Counted from the first letter of the stretch, positions 40,541-56,291 are shown. The stretch is DNA of 64,000 bases from Octopus sinensis (GCF_006345805.1 NW_021833110.1:1-64000); one strand, 5' to 3'. A program made the numbers and translations. The notes: generated by a model not told the origin, from the sequence alone.

Positions 40541-42049
40541 GTAAGCCACACGAAAGTTTTATAACAAAGGGAAAATTTATTTATTTCTCCACGGTACAAA
40601 TCTTCGGTTAAATATTGTTTGGAGACATGCAATGAGGGGTAAAGTTTAATCTCTGGTAAATACAGTGACTTTGTCGGGCACGATAATTGCTCATTAGATC
40701 TGTTTAGTGAAGAACAGTTACGCAGTAATTACGCCACGTAAGCTGGTCAAGCATTTCTCCAGCTTTGTTTAGAATCTGTAAACCTCAGATAAAAATTTCA
40801 ATTGTTGCTGAAACCAACAATGAGGACATCTTTGCAGCCTGGAGTGAAAAACACGATAGCATTCAAATATGCAATCGCTCGCAGACAAACTTGTCTTTAG
40901 ACCCATGAAATTAGAGAAAAACCAAACGAAAACAAAACCATGTTACCGTACCGATATAAAGATCCATTAACAAGTTAGATTTACGAACATGATAATAATA
41001 ATTTCGAAAAGCAATTAAAAATTGCCGTATTATTTTGCCGAAGTCTTTGTTTTTTATTGACACATCGTTAAAGGCAATTGTGCTAAATACTCCGGTAATT
41101 ATAGGACTGCAACGAGCTCGATTAATGAGTCTTTCAAACTAATGCCACTTTGTACCGCACCGAGTTACAGGAATAAATACAACTAATCTGCGCTTTGTAG
41201 AAACTCTGATATGATTCTTATGAAATTAGACGATTCGATAGAGTTTATTTTGTATCGTTGCCATTTCCCAAACAAAACTGGGTCAAACCTATTAATATGA
41301 ACATTTATCTAATTCAAAACATAATACTACATTCCAGTGAGGCTTTTAGGTTTCTGCATGTAATGCTTTATAACTTTCTGTTCGCTTAGAATATACTGTT
41401 ATAACATCGATAATCTTATCCTACAGTCACTGCGTTGGTGTGTTCGAGTGTTACGCCTTAAATGACCATCAATACCGAATGCTGTCAAAGATATCTAAAT
41501 CTACAACCTATTGGAACAAGGTAAGTCCATGCTTTCAACAACAATACGTGCGTATAAAATGGGCACACATAAATAATTTGACTTAATTAATTTCAGACGT
41601 AAGCGGAGCTCATTTATACCAGCATTTGGCTGGTATATTATTTTATCTTCGTTGGTTATCGGAAAAACAAGATTATCCCCAGTGGGAAAAAACAAACAAA
41701 CGTGAAACGAAAAGATTCAAAAGAAATACCGCAATGTATTTCATTTATCCAATAATTTAATGATGTTATATGAAACAAGTGCAAGAATTAAAGTTTTAAA
41801 CGAATGAAATCCGAGACATGATCAAAAGATTTTAGAGAATGCAGCAATGCTATGAATAATTACAAACTCATGGAGCAAACTATAAATAATACTCAAAAGC
41901 TCCATGTACAGGGAAGTGGAGAACTCCAAATATCTCGCTAGATTTGATTAATATTTACTTAGTGTCATCGAGTGCAAAACTAGAAATTAATAAAATAACA
42001 GATTTATTTCTTAGCGCAGACAGTGGCACAGAGTATAATACGTACGAAG

Positions 42050-42635
42050 TGTTGTTATGAATAGTCATTGTGGATAAATCATAAGAATAGTTCTTACTGA
42101 TAGATGTAATGGATATTTCTTGCAGATAATTCCAACGGATACATCTTATGGATATTCATCATACACATATCTTGTGCTTGATTTTTATATTGCTTATGCA
42201 CAATTCTTATGCGGTTCGTATTCGTTATGAATAATCATTTATTATCGATATATGTCACAGATATTCCTTATGCATATTTCTCGTAGATATCTCTCATTGA
42301 TACTTTATTATTAATGTTCTTTATTCATAGTCCATATGCATAGTTTTTAAGTGTAGTCCTTACATACAGCCCTTATGCAGTGTTCTTACGGATAGTTCCC
42401 ATAAATAGCTTTTTTCTCATATCATATAGATATATTTTAAAGATATTTTATGAATAATTCTTAAAGCCATGCACATATATTCCTTATGAGTAATTCATGT
42501 GCATAACTTTTATTTATAGTGCTTCTGTATATCCTTCTGGGAAAGTTCTTATAGAGAGACATGGATGGCTCTGATATACAAATGTTATTTTTATGGGTGG
42601 TGACTTTGTATAATGCAAATGGATATTTCTTACCC
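42050..42635. repeat. Old degenerate 13-bp minisatellite (consensus about CTTATGSATAKTT)
   Basis: Phased units such as CTTATGCATATTT CTCGTAGATATCT CTCATTGATACTT and CCTTATGCAGTGT TCTTACGGATAGT TCCCATAAATAGC. Confidence 0.7.
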
Positions 42636-42929
42636 ATCAGAATAAAATACCCTAACGTTACTTGCGACCATTAAGACCAAAAAAAAAACTTTAATCATAT
42701 TGGACGATACTGCTCATAAGTTAGAGTTCTTGAACATGATTGCTTCTACTGCGGTAGCCTAGGGCTAAAAAAGAACGTGTGAGAGTTATATAATGGTTTC
42801 GGATTACATTGTAAAGCCAGCGATATTGTCATACAGGATAAATTTGTATCATCGATACCAGACATTGCTCGGTATATTAATTTGTCAACTACAGTGAGAT
42901 TCGAAGGCAGATCAAAAAATGGGATGAAT

Positions 42930-43230
42930 ATCGGTTTAAAATTTCGGCACAAGGCCAGCACGTTCGGGGCAGACAATAGGCCGATAACATCGATCTCAGA
43001 GCTGGTACATAATTTATTGACGCCTAGAAGACGAAAGGCAACGTTGACCCTGGTTGATTTTGAACTCAGAAGGCAAAGTCGAGCGAAATGATGCTAAGAA
43101 TTTTTCCCGGCGTGCGAACGATTCAGCACACTCGCCTTCTTGTTCATCTGGTACTTATTTTATCGACCCCGAAATGATAAACGGCAAAATCGACTCTGCC
43201 CACATTTGAACTCAGGACGTAAGAACGGTA
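42930..43230 (-). mobile_element. Degenerate SINE family A copies
   Basis: CTGGTAC..ATTT.ATCGACCCC and TTTGAACTCAG blocks occur twice. Confidence 0.65.
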
Positions 43231-43458
43231 GAAGAGCTGCTGACATTTTCATCAGCTTCAGAACTCCAGATTTCTATGTTACCGGAATAAAAAAAACTTG
43301 TAACTCGTTGGCAAAACTGTGTTGATTGTAATGGTACTTTCTTCGATGAATAAAATATCTGCATTGTTGCGATGAATTTCATGTTTCAAAACATTGCTTA
43401 CTTCTTATTCAGCCTGAGAGCATTGCACTGGCTTTGTCATAGACGTGATATAAGTACC

Positions 43459-43677
43459 TATTTATTTACTACCCACAAGGGGCTAAACACAGAGGGGACA
43501 AACAAAGCGATTAAGTCGATTACATCGACCCCAGTGCGTAACTGGTACTTTATTTATCGACCCCGAAAAGATGAAAGGCAAAGTCGACCTCGGCGGAATT
43601 TGAACTCAGAACGTAACGGCAGACACAAATACGACTACGCATTTCGCCCGGCGTGCTAACGTTTCTGCCAGCTCACC
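43459..43677 (-). mobile_element. SINE family A with 17-bp TSD
   Basis: GACGTGATATAAGTACC at 43442-43458 and 43678-43694 flanks a near-complete copy. Confidence 0.9.
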
Positions 43678-44629
43678 GACGTGATATAAGTACCAGTTAC
43701 GCACAAGGTTTGATATAATCCGCTGTCCTTCTTCTCTCCAAATTTTCAAGAGCTTACACCTACAGTGGAAATAGTTATATCTAGTTCTCCATTGCTCCAT
43801 ATGTTAAACGCTATTATTAGACAACAATATGGTGCAATTTATGAAAGTGGGATGTTTTTGGTGCCATTGGTACCAGGCCCAGCGACTACCTATAAAGACA
43901 GTCTTCCACCTGTATGAATCGACTCACTTTTCTTTAATTCTTTGCTCCATGAAGGATAAGCCTTGGAAAGAACGTATACTAATAATCATTCCGTTCAAAA
44001 CTTGATAGATTTTGGCAGTTTGTCAAAATAACTTAAGTTCACTCGCATAAAATATGTATCTTAAGGCAGTTCTGTACTTCCATAGAAAATATATTGGCAC
44101 TGCATCATACAACACACATCTTTCATAGTATTACGTCTTTCTTTCATTTTTCTTCATCTTCCATCGTTTTTGCTTCATTCGTTAATTTCATTCTTCCTCT
44201 CAGTCTTCCATCCTTCTTTTCCATCTCACCAATTTTCTCTCTTCTCTACAACTTTTCTACCTTGCTATGTATGCACCTCTGCATCTAACTGCCTATATAT
44301 AACTCCCTCTCTGTATCTGTATCATGTATAACCTTATCTATCAATCTATCCTATCGTATGATATTGTATGATATATACCTATATCTCTACATATTTATTT
44401 ATCTTTTTTTTTTTTTTTTAACCCCCCCCATTTTTTTTGTCCTCTTTCTCTCCTTTTACGATCCCTTTTGATCGAAACTCCCCCTTCCTTTTTTTTTTTT
44501 TTTTTTTTAAACCTTCAAAAGAAAAGCTCTACCTTGTAATTTGTTCTATCTGTGTGCAGCCCTGTGTGGCTAATAAAGAAACATATCTATATATCTACCT
44601 ATCTATCCATTTATTTACCTCTGTGCGTA

Positions 44630-45277
<648 letters not shown>

Positions 45278-45588
45278 TTCACCTCTTTCAAAACAGACTT
45301 TGGTGTAGTTTCAACTCCCCATATTATATCATAACATCCATCGCTCATCTACAACTTTTGTGCCTAGCGCTAAACTATTGCCATACAATAGATTCTCAGC
45401 TTTTCTTCTGTGCATTAATCTCTGTTGATACGTTTTCAACAAAGCAACGCCAACAAAACTAGTCACTCAATAAACTTTCACCATATATCATGTAATGATA
45501 TTAATCATATAGCATTCATTTGTTTCAGTGATTGGACTGCAGCAATACCTGCGCACCACTTTGAACGGTTTTCGAGAAGAAATCGCTA

Positions 45589-45618
<30 letters not shown>

Positions 45619-45622
<4 letters not shown>

Positions 45623-45775
45623 GCTGTGTGGTAAGTAGGTTGCTAACCAACCACATGGTTCCGGGTTCAGTCCCACTGCGTGGCATCTTGAGTAAGTGTC
45701 TTCTGCTATAGCCCCGGGCCGACCAATGCCTTGTGAGTGGATTTGGTAGACGGAAACTGAAAAAAGCCTGTCGTA

Positions 45776-45844
<69 letters not shown>

Positions 45845-46010
45845 TGTGTGTCTGTGTTTGTCCCCCTAGCATTGCTTGACAACCGATGCTGGTGTGTTTA
45901 CGTACCCGTCACTTAGCAGTTCGGCAAAAAGAACCGATAGAATAAGTACTGGGCTTACAAAGAATTAGTCCCGGGATCAAATGACTGAAACAAGTAAAAG
46001 AGTAAAAAGA
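45619..46010 (+). mobile_element. tRNA-derived SINE, family B (CORE-like, internal TA/TG microsatellite)
   Basis: GTGGCTGTGTGGTAAG (A box), GGTTCAGTCCC (B box), ATCTTGAGTAAGT CORE-like block, tail GAAACAAGTAAAAGAGTAAAA. Confidence 0.85.
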
Positions 46011-46017
46011 TTATATA

Positions 46018-46096
<79 letters not shown>

Positions 46097-46098
46097 AA

Positions 46099-46330
46099 GA
46101 TTGCACCTACAAAGCATACCTCTAATCACATGTCCGGGTAAGGAGGTTTATGGAAGACCAGCAGTAACTGATGCACGCCAGCCTCTCCGCGCCACGCCAC
46201 CAGCGACGTCGCAACTAATTTGTACAGCGGAGTGAACTGGAGGAACGTGGAATAGAAGTATCTTGCCCAAGTACAAAACACGCAGTCCTATCCGGGAATT
46301 GAAACTATTACCTTACGACTGGGAACCCCG
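46099..46330 (-). mobile_element. Degenerate SINE family C
   Basis: Reverse complement of blocks in 32460-32735 (GATTGCACCTA, TTTATGGAAGACCAGCAG, GACGTCGCAACT). Confidence 0.7.
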
Positions 46331-46345
46331 ACACATACATATATA

Positions 46346-46399
<54 letters not shown>

Positions 46400-46440
46400 A
46401 TATATATATTATATATAGAGAGAGAGAGAGAGAGAGAGTG

Positions 46441-46487
<47 letters not shown>

Positions 46488-46496
46488 GAGATAGAC

Positions 46497-46541
<45 letters not shown>

Positions 46542-47587
46542 CGTATATAAATAGATAGATATACATTTATATACATACATATATATACATATACACACAT
46601 ACATACATATATATGTGTGTGTGTGTGTGTGTAGGCATGTATGTATGTATATTTGTGTGTGCCTGTGTGTATACAAATGTAAGTGTATTTTGCCTCACGA
46701 AGCATTATTTTGAACATGTAGCATACGAATTCACAGACACACATCTATACACACACGTACGTATACACTCTCCAACTCACGTCTATACACGTCTGTTTGC
46801 ATACGTACATACACCAATGTGCGTGTGTATGTGTGTGCGTTCGTGTTTTTGCCTGTGTGTGTGTGTGTGTGCATGTAAGTGTGTGTGTGTGTGTTTCTTA
46901 ATACATACAAAGAAGCCATCACACATTCTTTTACTCCGTTGATCACAGTAAATACACAAGAAAAGAATTTCTTTAGAATATCTCTATTGGTTCCCTGGGC
47001 AGCCATATTTTCTCTACAATTCTTCATAGGAATAGTTGAATTTCACTATTAGCAGAGATCTGGATTCTCTATTGAATAGTTAAAATTGAATATTATTTCC
47101 AATAGGTTATAGAATCGCCGTCAATAAAAGTTTGGCTTATTTTATACGCGAGGCAGTAACTTTAGCTTTAGAATTTTTGAAGATTCATCTTTGGCTCTCT
47201 CTAACAACTACGAACTTTATTCAAACGTGATTTTTTTTTTCTCCTTTTCAGTTTGTAATTTTGTGACAAATTCGTGATAAACACTTCTTTTGCTTGCATT
47301 ATTGGGGATGCACTGTCGTTTTATTGAAAATCTCATACGAATACATAGATACGCTAAACACACGCACAAATAGTCAAACACTGGAATCGTGAGATGGCGC
47401 ACACACAGCGCATACACATAGACTTACACACTCACACACACACACACTTTCAAGTTTTCTCTCTATCTCTTTCTCTTCCTCTCTCTCTCCCATGCGCACA
47501 AACACACATATATTTTACATTCTGTGCAAGTTCTGGCACATATATGTCAAATCGCTAGGTATCTTTTTCTCTCTATGATATACGCTT

Positions 47588-47626
<39 letters not shown>

Positions 47627-47762
47627 TTCTTTCTCTCTCTCTCTCAATCTATCTATCTATAGACAGACAGACTGTTAGACAGACAGACAGACGGACAGAC
47701 AGACAGACAAAAAGACTGACAGACAGACAAATCGATCGATAGATAGATTGATAGATAGATAA

Positions 47763-47847
<85 letters not shown>

Positions 47848-47902
47848 GGGAGGGAGGGATGGATGGATGGATGGATGGATGGACAGGGAGACAGGCAGAC
47901 AT

Positions 47903-47960
<58 letters not shown>

Positions 47961-50396
47961 GGGGAGATAGGTATATAGATATATACATGGATGGAGAGAT
48001 AGATTGATAGATAGATAGATGTGCGTTTGTCTGTGTGCGTCTGTATGTGTGTGAGTCTATTAGTGAGTGAGTGAGTAAGTTAATGAACACACGAACACAC
48101 ACGTACACATGCACGCACACACGTACACACTCACACACTCATGGTGATACACATACACGCACGCACACACACTCACATGCACACACACACACTCACATGC
48201 ACACACACACAAGTACACACACATACACCCATGCGCACACACACACATGCACACACACACATACACACATGCACAGACACACAAACACACACACACACGT
48301 ATAGGTACAGATATATTTGGTATAATTTTTTTTACCGGTGATTCTCGCTTAAATTATGTAAAAAAAATATCGACGAGGAAAATTTTAGAAATGCTGAGCA
48401 TCGAACCACTGATTCTAAATGATTGATTCTGTTCCATGTTACGGACCAATTTATACTATTCTTATTGTTCTTAAAGACGAGAACTGGTGACTGTTCTTTA
48501 AAAACAGGTGAGTCCGCTGTTCCTGATTTATCATACAAAACAATTAAATACTATATTGATCCTCCGAAGATATAAATATACTTATTATTTCATGATTATT
48601 ATCAAAATATATAATATACGAAGAACATAAAATTTATATGAAAAGCAATGAATATATAAAATAATTGTTTTGAGGTTGAAAATTTAAATTTCAAATTTCA
48701 AATTTAGGCACAACAGAGATAGATTGATGTAATATATATTCTGAATATATATCCAGTATTTTGGACAAAAATCGATATGTCGACAATAGGGAATATAAGT
48801 GTACCGCAGTGTGAATCTTCGAAAGTAGTCACTCGAATAGCTAGAAATAACTACCGAGTTTTATTACATAGCAAGCCTGTTTGATATCGAGTTTTATTAA
48901 ATAACAAGCCCGTTTGAAGATATGATGTTAAAATCAAGAAAGGAATGGCTTCGGTTATAATATCTTCTGTAATATTTCCACCAAATCCTAGTGATTTATC
49001 TGTAAATAATAAAGATTTGAGCAACTCCAATAGAAGCCCTAATACAGTCGCACACTCTGCTTGAATAATGGCTAAGCTTAATTGAAATAACGCTATGTCT
49101 TAAAAGTTTGAAATGAAAGAATATCATTGGTTGACGTAGATCCTGTGGTTTTGACTGACCTCCATTTTCAGCAATGATACATTCACGAAAGAGAAGCAAA
49201 AGGTAAAAAACAGAACAAACCATAACAGTACGTCATCAGCTGTTTGACTAAGTATTCAGACGGTTTCGTCACTTTGTGATAGGCTTATGAAAAAACCATT
49301 ATAATACGGTAACTAAGCCATTTATACAATAAAAACAAGACGTAAAATTACAATCTGCGGCTGAGAAAGATGATTTACTCACAACGAAATTAGATATAAA
49401 ACTGTTTACTATCTCAAAAAAAACAGTAGTTATTTACTAGGAAAAGCGGGACAAATAAATAAAATAATGCATAAAATACGACACGGAAAGAAAATCAAAT
49501 AAGTAGACGAAGGAAGAAGCTCTAAAGAAAATGGTGGACAGAAGTAAAATACATCTACACATAACCCTCTCGAAATTTTCTGTAAAGATGTTAGTATTGA
49601 AAGATTTGATTATGTTTGAGATGTAAAATAATAAACAAAACTTAGCCCAACACATTAACTTGCAGTACACCATTAATGGGTGTAAATGATCTTGATTTAA
49701 CTCTGACGGCCATAATATGGCGCGTTCAGGCTTGCGGTGAGCGCGAAAACCGGTTCCTGATATTCAACTATTGGGCAGATTTGGTCATGAAATTCCTATG
49801 GTCAACTCTGCTAATAGCTTTACGGAAGTAATCCCTGCCACCGATGAATTTCCAGGAAAACTATGGTATGCAACTATGCATCTGTATGTATGCAGGTATC
49901 TTTTATCTTTTTTTTGTTTCAATCATTTGACTGCGATCATGCTGGGGCATCGTCATAATCGAATGAATGGACTCTAGTACCTATTCTAAAGGTTGCTTTT
50001 TTGCCGAACCGCTAAGTCACATTGAACTAAACACACCGGCATCGGTTGACGAATGGCGGTGTTAGTTCACACATACACACACAATATAAATTTATATAAG
50101 CTGAGACCCTTTTTGGTCATGAATGACCATGGGATTGCACCTAGAAAGTTACCCTCCCAGGCACAAGTCCGGGCAAGCATGTTTATGGAAGACTAGCAGT
50201 CTTCCATACATATATATATATATATATCAATTATGTATTGATATAAACTGTCCAATAAAGCCAGAAACATATGTACCGTTAATTCCTTTGCATCCTGTCT
50301 TTCTTTTGATAAATATACCCCATCACCTACACCACTAACTGGCATATACAGGTGCTTACAATTATCAAGTATTCACCCTGAATTTTTTGTACCTAA

Positions 50397-50433
<37 letters not shown>

Positions 50434-51606
50434 GACGAACTTATTTTAGTTTCTATCTACAAAAACCCACACGACTCTGAAAAAGAAGATACTTACCGAA
50501 GATGTCACGCAATGCGACTAAACCCGGAACCATGTGGTCGGGAAGCAAGCACTGTCACACTTGCGCCTCCCACAAAACCACGCCTAATTGCTAATGTTTT
50601 TAAGCGTAAGTATACAAAAATATCTGCGGGTGATATATTTTCGCCATTATATTATTAAAAAAGGATGGCAGACAATTAGTCAGATATGGCGGAATAAGTG
50701 GCAAAAAGTTCACCGTAAAGAGATGTGCCCTTTTATAATTATCTTTTATGTTTTTGTTTTTTTTGTTGTTTTTTTTTTGTTTTTGGTTTGTTATATTCCC
50801 AGGAAATACTTTTTCACTTTTTTCTTTGATTGGGTCTTTAAAATAATTTCCTGTGAAGAACTTCGTGTCAATGAGATTGACTGCATATGACGTCCCCCGA
50901 CGTTAATATATAAATAGTTTCCTTTGAAATGATATCCTACGATTATTGATATTTCTTACAGTAATATAGTCCACTCAGAACAGAAAAATAAAAATATAAG
51001 CCTCCGTGTCTCTTTTTCTACTGCATCTCGCCTCTTCCTTTCTTTCCTTATTTCTTTCTTTCTATCTTTCTTTTTCTCTCACTCTCTCACTACCTTATTC
51101 ACACGCACACACACAGCCACATTCATATACAAATGTCAATATTTCCTTTTTTTGTTTTTTCTCTCGATATATTATGGAAAGTTCTTTCGGATTTTCTTTT
51201 CGTCATTCTCCATTTCTCACTTATTGTTCTGATAGAATTTTTTCTTCTTCTCAGAAGACCGTTTCCTTAACGATAATTCCCATAATATATTTATTCATTT
51301 GCTTTTTCTATTTTTCGTTACCAGTTCCGTCTCGAACTTCACCAAATCTCAATCTACTTATTTCACAACTCCAACGAAAAGACCGATTAATTTTCTTTTA
51401 AATAAACTATTCATTTCTTTAAGACGCTGTAGGCCTCACATATATTCATCTACCACATGTTGTGACAAAAAAAAATGAATGCGAAATCACCTAGGTATAC
51501 ACCGAACTTGATAGAAGTCGAAAAATCTGTAGGTTAAAACAGGTGCCTACGTTCACATGTTTGTATTTTATTTCTTTCACTGATAGGACAGTGACAGTAT
51601 ATCTTC

Positions 51607-51799
51607 TTGGCCAAACACTCACCCATCAATTTCAGCCGGATATAGTTATCATTATACTATGTAACTTCCATAGTAGCTTTCTCTCTGTAACTTACACAGC
51701 ATTCTGCGTTTGTTTACAAATAGTATATTTGTAGTATTAGATAGTTTAAGTATCTATTAACTAAATTTGGCTGAAACTGATGGGTGAGCGTTTGGCCAA
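51607..51799. repeat. 42-bp inverted repeat pair (MITE-like)
   Basis: TTGGCCAAACACTCACCCATCAATTTCAGCCGGATATAGTTA versus the reverse complement of 51758-51799, 5 mismatches. Confidence 0.8.
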
Positions 51800-52559
51800 T
51801 CGGATAGGCAAGAAGCCATGTTAGCTTTGACTTTTGGGGTTTGATTCTGGCTGAGGTTAGCCAATCATTTTTCAATCATTTCTTTGTATTCATAAATTGT
51901 CGCTTCAAATCGGAGAACAAAATAATTTTATATGTTATTATACATCTATATATATATATCTTCTATTATATTATGTTATATTATATTATATTATTTATGT
52001 ATATATGTGTGTAGAGTAGTACAAATGTATAGAGAAAACTGCAGTAAGAAACCAAATAATAACAAACGTAGACAAGCATGCACATACACATTAAAGAGAA
52101 AGCTGCACAATCAATCACAAAGACCGAACTACAAACATGTAACTCTGCACACAAATACTAACAAGAAGTTTCCATTAGTCTCTCCGACTACTAAATCCAC
52201 CGGCGTGGCTCTTACTGACCTACCCAAGTGGGAATGAACCCAGAAACATTTTTCTAAGATTCAAACTTCTTACCACACGCCTATGAATATGGCTTTAATA
52301 TATAGACATTTAGCGTCACTTTGAAATTAATCCTTTCTCGCTTAAGTAACAGAGATTTTCATTGATTGTTATGAAGAAGAAGAGAACTAGTTTTGGCTTT
52401 GCTTAAAATCTAATCGGTCACTTTCTCCCTATGACCATCAAATATTAGAATTGAAGAAGACTAATTCGTTTAAATCTTTAAGGATTAAAGCATATTGCAT
52501 TGCGAATAGCACGACTTGATTGATATGATGGTATGCTATTGCTTCTTGATCCCGTATTT

Positions 52560-52975
52560 TTCAATTTCGTTTTCAATCCTTCGGGTTCCTGTTTGATGCT
52601 ATATATAATTCCGCTTATTCGTAAACCCTTTCTATCTAGATTTATATCTCAAATATTTTAATAATTTCTTCTCGGTTTCCTGCATCAAATGCATGTATAT
52701 AATCAATGGAACATAGATGCAAGACTTGTTCCCACATTGCCCTTTCGTTTATGTTTCTCAGGATATGCACAGCATTAGATATTCCTCTATAATCAACAAA
52801 TCCATCTTGTGCGGTTGAGTTCCAACGCTTGATATCGTTTCGGAATCTCAGCGCCAACGCTCCAACCAAAGATTCTACAACGTACGCTCATAAGCCTGAT
52901 CACTCTGGATAATTTATATTCTGAAATTATTTGACAGGGTTTCCATACATATTCTGAAAACATTCTCGTGGTCAT
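52560..52975 (-). mobile_element. Decayed non-LTR retrotransposon reverse transcriptase fragment (RTE-like)
   Basis: AQDGFVDYRGISNAVHILRNINERAMWEQVLHLCSIDYIHAFDAGNREEIIKIF resembles LINE RT QxGF...LR...ER...CFIDYxKAFD. Upstream RVIRLMS resembles R-ISLMS. Frameshifted. Confidence 0.75.
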
Positions 52976-53464
52976 CCTGCGTTTGTCATTCCTTTAATAA
53001 CGAATATTGTGGTATGGTACCTTAACAGCCTGTGAAATAATACTATTCGTTCTAGCGGTTTTCTAATCGAATATTTCTAACATTGGGTGATTGATCTCTC
53101 CATTGCACAAAGTTCAACAGTAAAAGATTTTGCTCTCTGAAATTGTTGGTTGCGTTACACACACACATACACACACACACAAACACACACACACACTCAC
53201 ATATATATATGTTTGTGTGTGTGTGCATGTGTGCACGTATGTATATATGCATGTATGTGTGTATGCGTGTATGCATGTGTATGTATGCATGTGTGTGAAT
53301 GTATATATATATACATATATATACACACATATACGTATAAATATATATATATTTTGTTCTCTCTAGTTTCAGCTCAGAGCTGCCGGCATGCTGTTGCACC
53401 GCCGTTTATAAAATACGATCCTCGGGATCTTTCGCCCATATATATACATATGTATATATGTATA

Positions 53465-53566
<102 letters not shown>

Positions 53567-53815
53567 ATATATATATATATGTAATATATATATTCGTATA
53601 TGTATACCTACATACGTATTCATACACACATATAAAACACACACACACACACCCACACATTTAAAATGTGTGGTGGGTGGTAAAAAGTAGGTATTAGAAA
53701 CTGATCATAGAATTTTTAGTATCACTGAAGTCATAACGAAAACATTTTTTAAACAGACAACACTAATGAGGATTTCTTTTTTTCTTATCTTATTTCCTTT
53801 TGATTATTTTTGCAG

Positions 53816-54520
53816 ATAGCCGGTCGCTTGATTGCTCACGAGCGAGCTAAGATAGCTGCACGCTATGAAGCGTAGCGTGCAGGCTATGAGACCGTGGCGT
53901 GCATGGAAAGGTAATCATGTAACACTACGTCCGGAGACGATAAAAATGTTGTCATGCAAAGCTAATGACCACGGACTCAGTGAATGATGCAAGAAGACGT
54001 GCCCGTCCAACCACATACCAATCAGCGGAGAGCGTAGCAACAGAGTAAGTAATTTTTAACTGCAGACCACCAATCAGCGGAGAGCGTAGCAACAGTGCAA
54101 GTAATGTTTAACCGCAAAAATTAACACGTAAAGCAACCCGTGAAAATAAACTAACAAGGTACACAATACGTACGGTGTTGCATAAAGAATTGAATTTTCG
54201 CCCAGGAAAACCACATTACGTGCAGGAGCTAAAACCTGAAGACTATGATTGCAGAAGACAAGAAGTGCAGAACTCCCAAGAAGTCCAGATCTCATTCATG
54301 TGATTTTTACCTGTGGGGTTTCACAAAAGAGGAGGTGTACAATACAAAACCTCGCACATTAGAGGACTTGGAAACACAGATTCAGGAGGTTCTCAATGCT
54401 ATCCAAGACGACATCCTTCAGAAGGTTGTTCATTCCATCCCTGACCGTTCGAGGGAACTGGTCGACGCCACTGGTGCTTATGTTGAAATATGAAGATTTA
54501 CTTTCATTTTCTCATGGAAT
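53816..54520 (+). mobile_element. Internally deleted Tc1/mariner-superfamily transposase remnant
   Basis: N-terminal AGRLIAHERAKIAARYEA...CHAKLMTTDSVNDARRRARPT (HTH and GRP-like motif) and C-terminal PRSPDL / CDFYLWGFTKEEVYNTKPRTLEDLETQI...GAYVEI, with stops and frameshifts. Confidence 0.8.
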
Positions 54521-54524
54521 TGAG

Positions 54525-54650
54525 AACATATACACATACATATAATACACATATACACATAAAGACATATACACATACATATAATACACATATACACATA
54601 AAGACATATACACATACATATAATACACATATACACATAAAGACATATAC
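54525..54650. repeat. 39-bp minisatellite, about 3 copies
   Basis: Unit ACATATACACATACATATAATACACATATACACATAAAG. Confidence 0.9.
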
Positions 54651-55543
54651 GCATATAAACATACACGGTTTCACACATACATAAATGCATCTCCCTCTTC
54701 CTATCTATCCAGCTATACATGTATACACACACATACACACACACACACTCACACACAAACACATATATATATAGGCATACATATATGTACGTATGTATTA
54801 TTCATGCCACAAAAAAAAAACGGTTTCCGAGGTCTATATTTATGTGACTGAACATCATGGTGTGTCGCGTCTTATTTCATAAGATGACTCCAGATACGAG
54901 TATATATGCCAGATCTTAAGCCTCTGTTTTAAAAAATCGATAGGAATATTAAAAAAAGACACAATTTTAACGAAAATGTTGTTGGAGTTGTAAAATAAAT
55001 AGATTAAGATTTTGGTGGAGTTAGAGATAGAATTTTACAAAAGATAAAAAATGAAGACGAAAATATATAAATGAATAAATGAGTTTTTTTTTAAGGATGC
55101 AGAATGAAAATAAGAAAATGTCTGAAAAGTAAGTGAGGAAAGGTGAATAAGAGTGAAATATTTATAAGAGAATTATAAGAATGGACGTCTTCAGTGAAGA
55201 AGGACAGAGAAGATGTTTGATTGTGTCTGAGAGGGAAATCTAAAAGGAAGTGAGAGAGACAGAGAGAGAGATACAGAGAGAGAGAAAGAGAGGTGGATGA
55301 GAGAGGGAGATAAGGAGAACGGGGGAGGAGAGATAATGGAAAGAGGAGTAAAGATGGCGTGTTGTAATATTTTCTTTGTTTTAAGAGAACTTGAAAATAA
55401 ATGTTGCGGGTTGAATAGTCAATTATGTGAAGAGGTAATAACAAAAAAATAAATAAATAAATACGCCATGAACAACGACACACACACTCACACACACACA
55501 CAAATATATATATACATTTATATATATATACATTTATATATAT

Positions 55544-55662
<119 letters not shown>

Positions 55663-55732
55663 ACGTGTGTATATGTGTTCGTGTGTGTCTGTGTGCGCGC
55701 ATGCTTATATATATAGATATACATATACATAC

Positions 55733-55765
<33 letters not shown>

Positions 55766-56291
55766 TAAATAGCTAGCTAGATAGTTAGATAGATAGATAG
55801 ATAGATAGATAGTTAGATAAATAGATAGGTAGATAGATAGATAGATGATAGATAGATAGAGAGAGATAGACAGATAGATAGATATATGCATACATAGGTG
55901 TATATATATAAATTTACGAGTGTGTGTGTACTTTTCTGTTAAAGTTTCATTATTTATTACTAATCTTATAACTCACATTGAATTCTCTTCAACACGCTTA
56001 CGCACTCACACGAGTACACAACATACAAATATACGTATGCATGTGTGAATGTGTGTATTTGTTATTTCAAATATCTTTCCCTTTAAAAAAAGATGGCGCA
56101 TAGTGTAAGGTCCACATAGAGCTTTCCACTAGCAGGCTTAGCGGTCAATTAACGGCTGCGACATCGCCGTAAAATGTTCACGAATTTTACTTTCCTTTTC
56201 TAATTTTATTTTTTTATCTCTCAACACTTAATAACACATTGTTATTAAAATGGGTTCTAGATTAACCAATGTGACATTGTGTTATTAAGTA

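Noticed and set aside
48855-48917. 33-bp-period short direct repeat (a similar pair is at about 54017-54095)
   Set aside because: Two-copy local slippage duplications with no array or spacer structure; not CRISPR-like.
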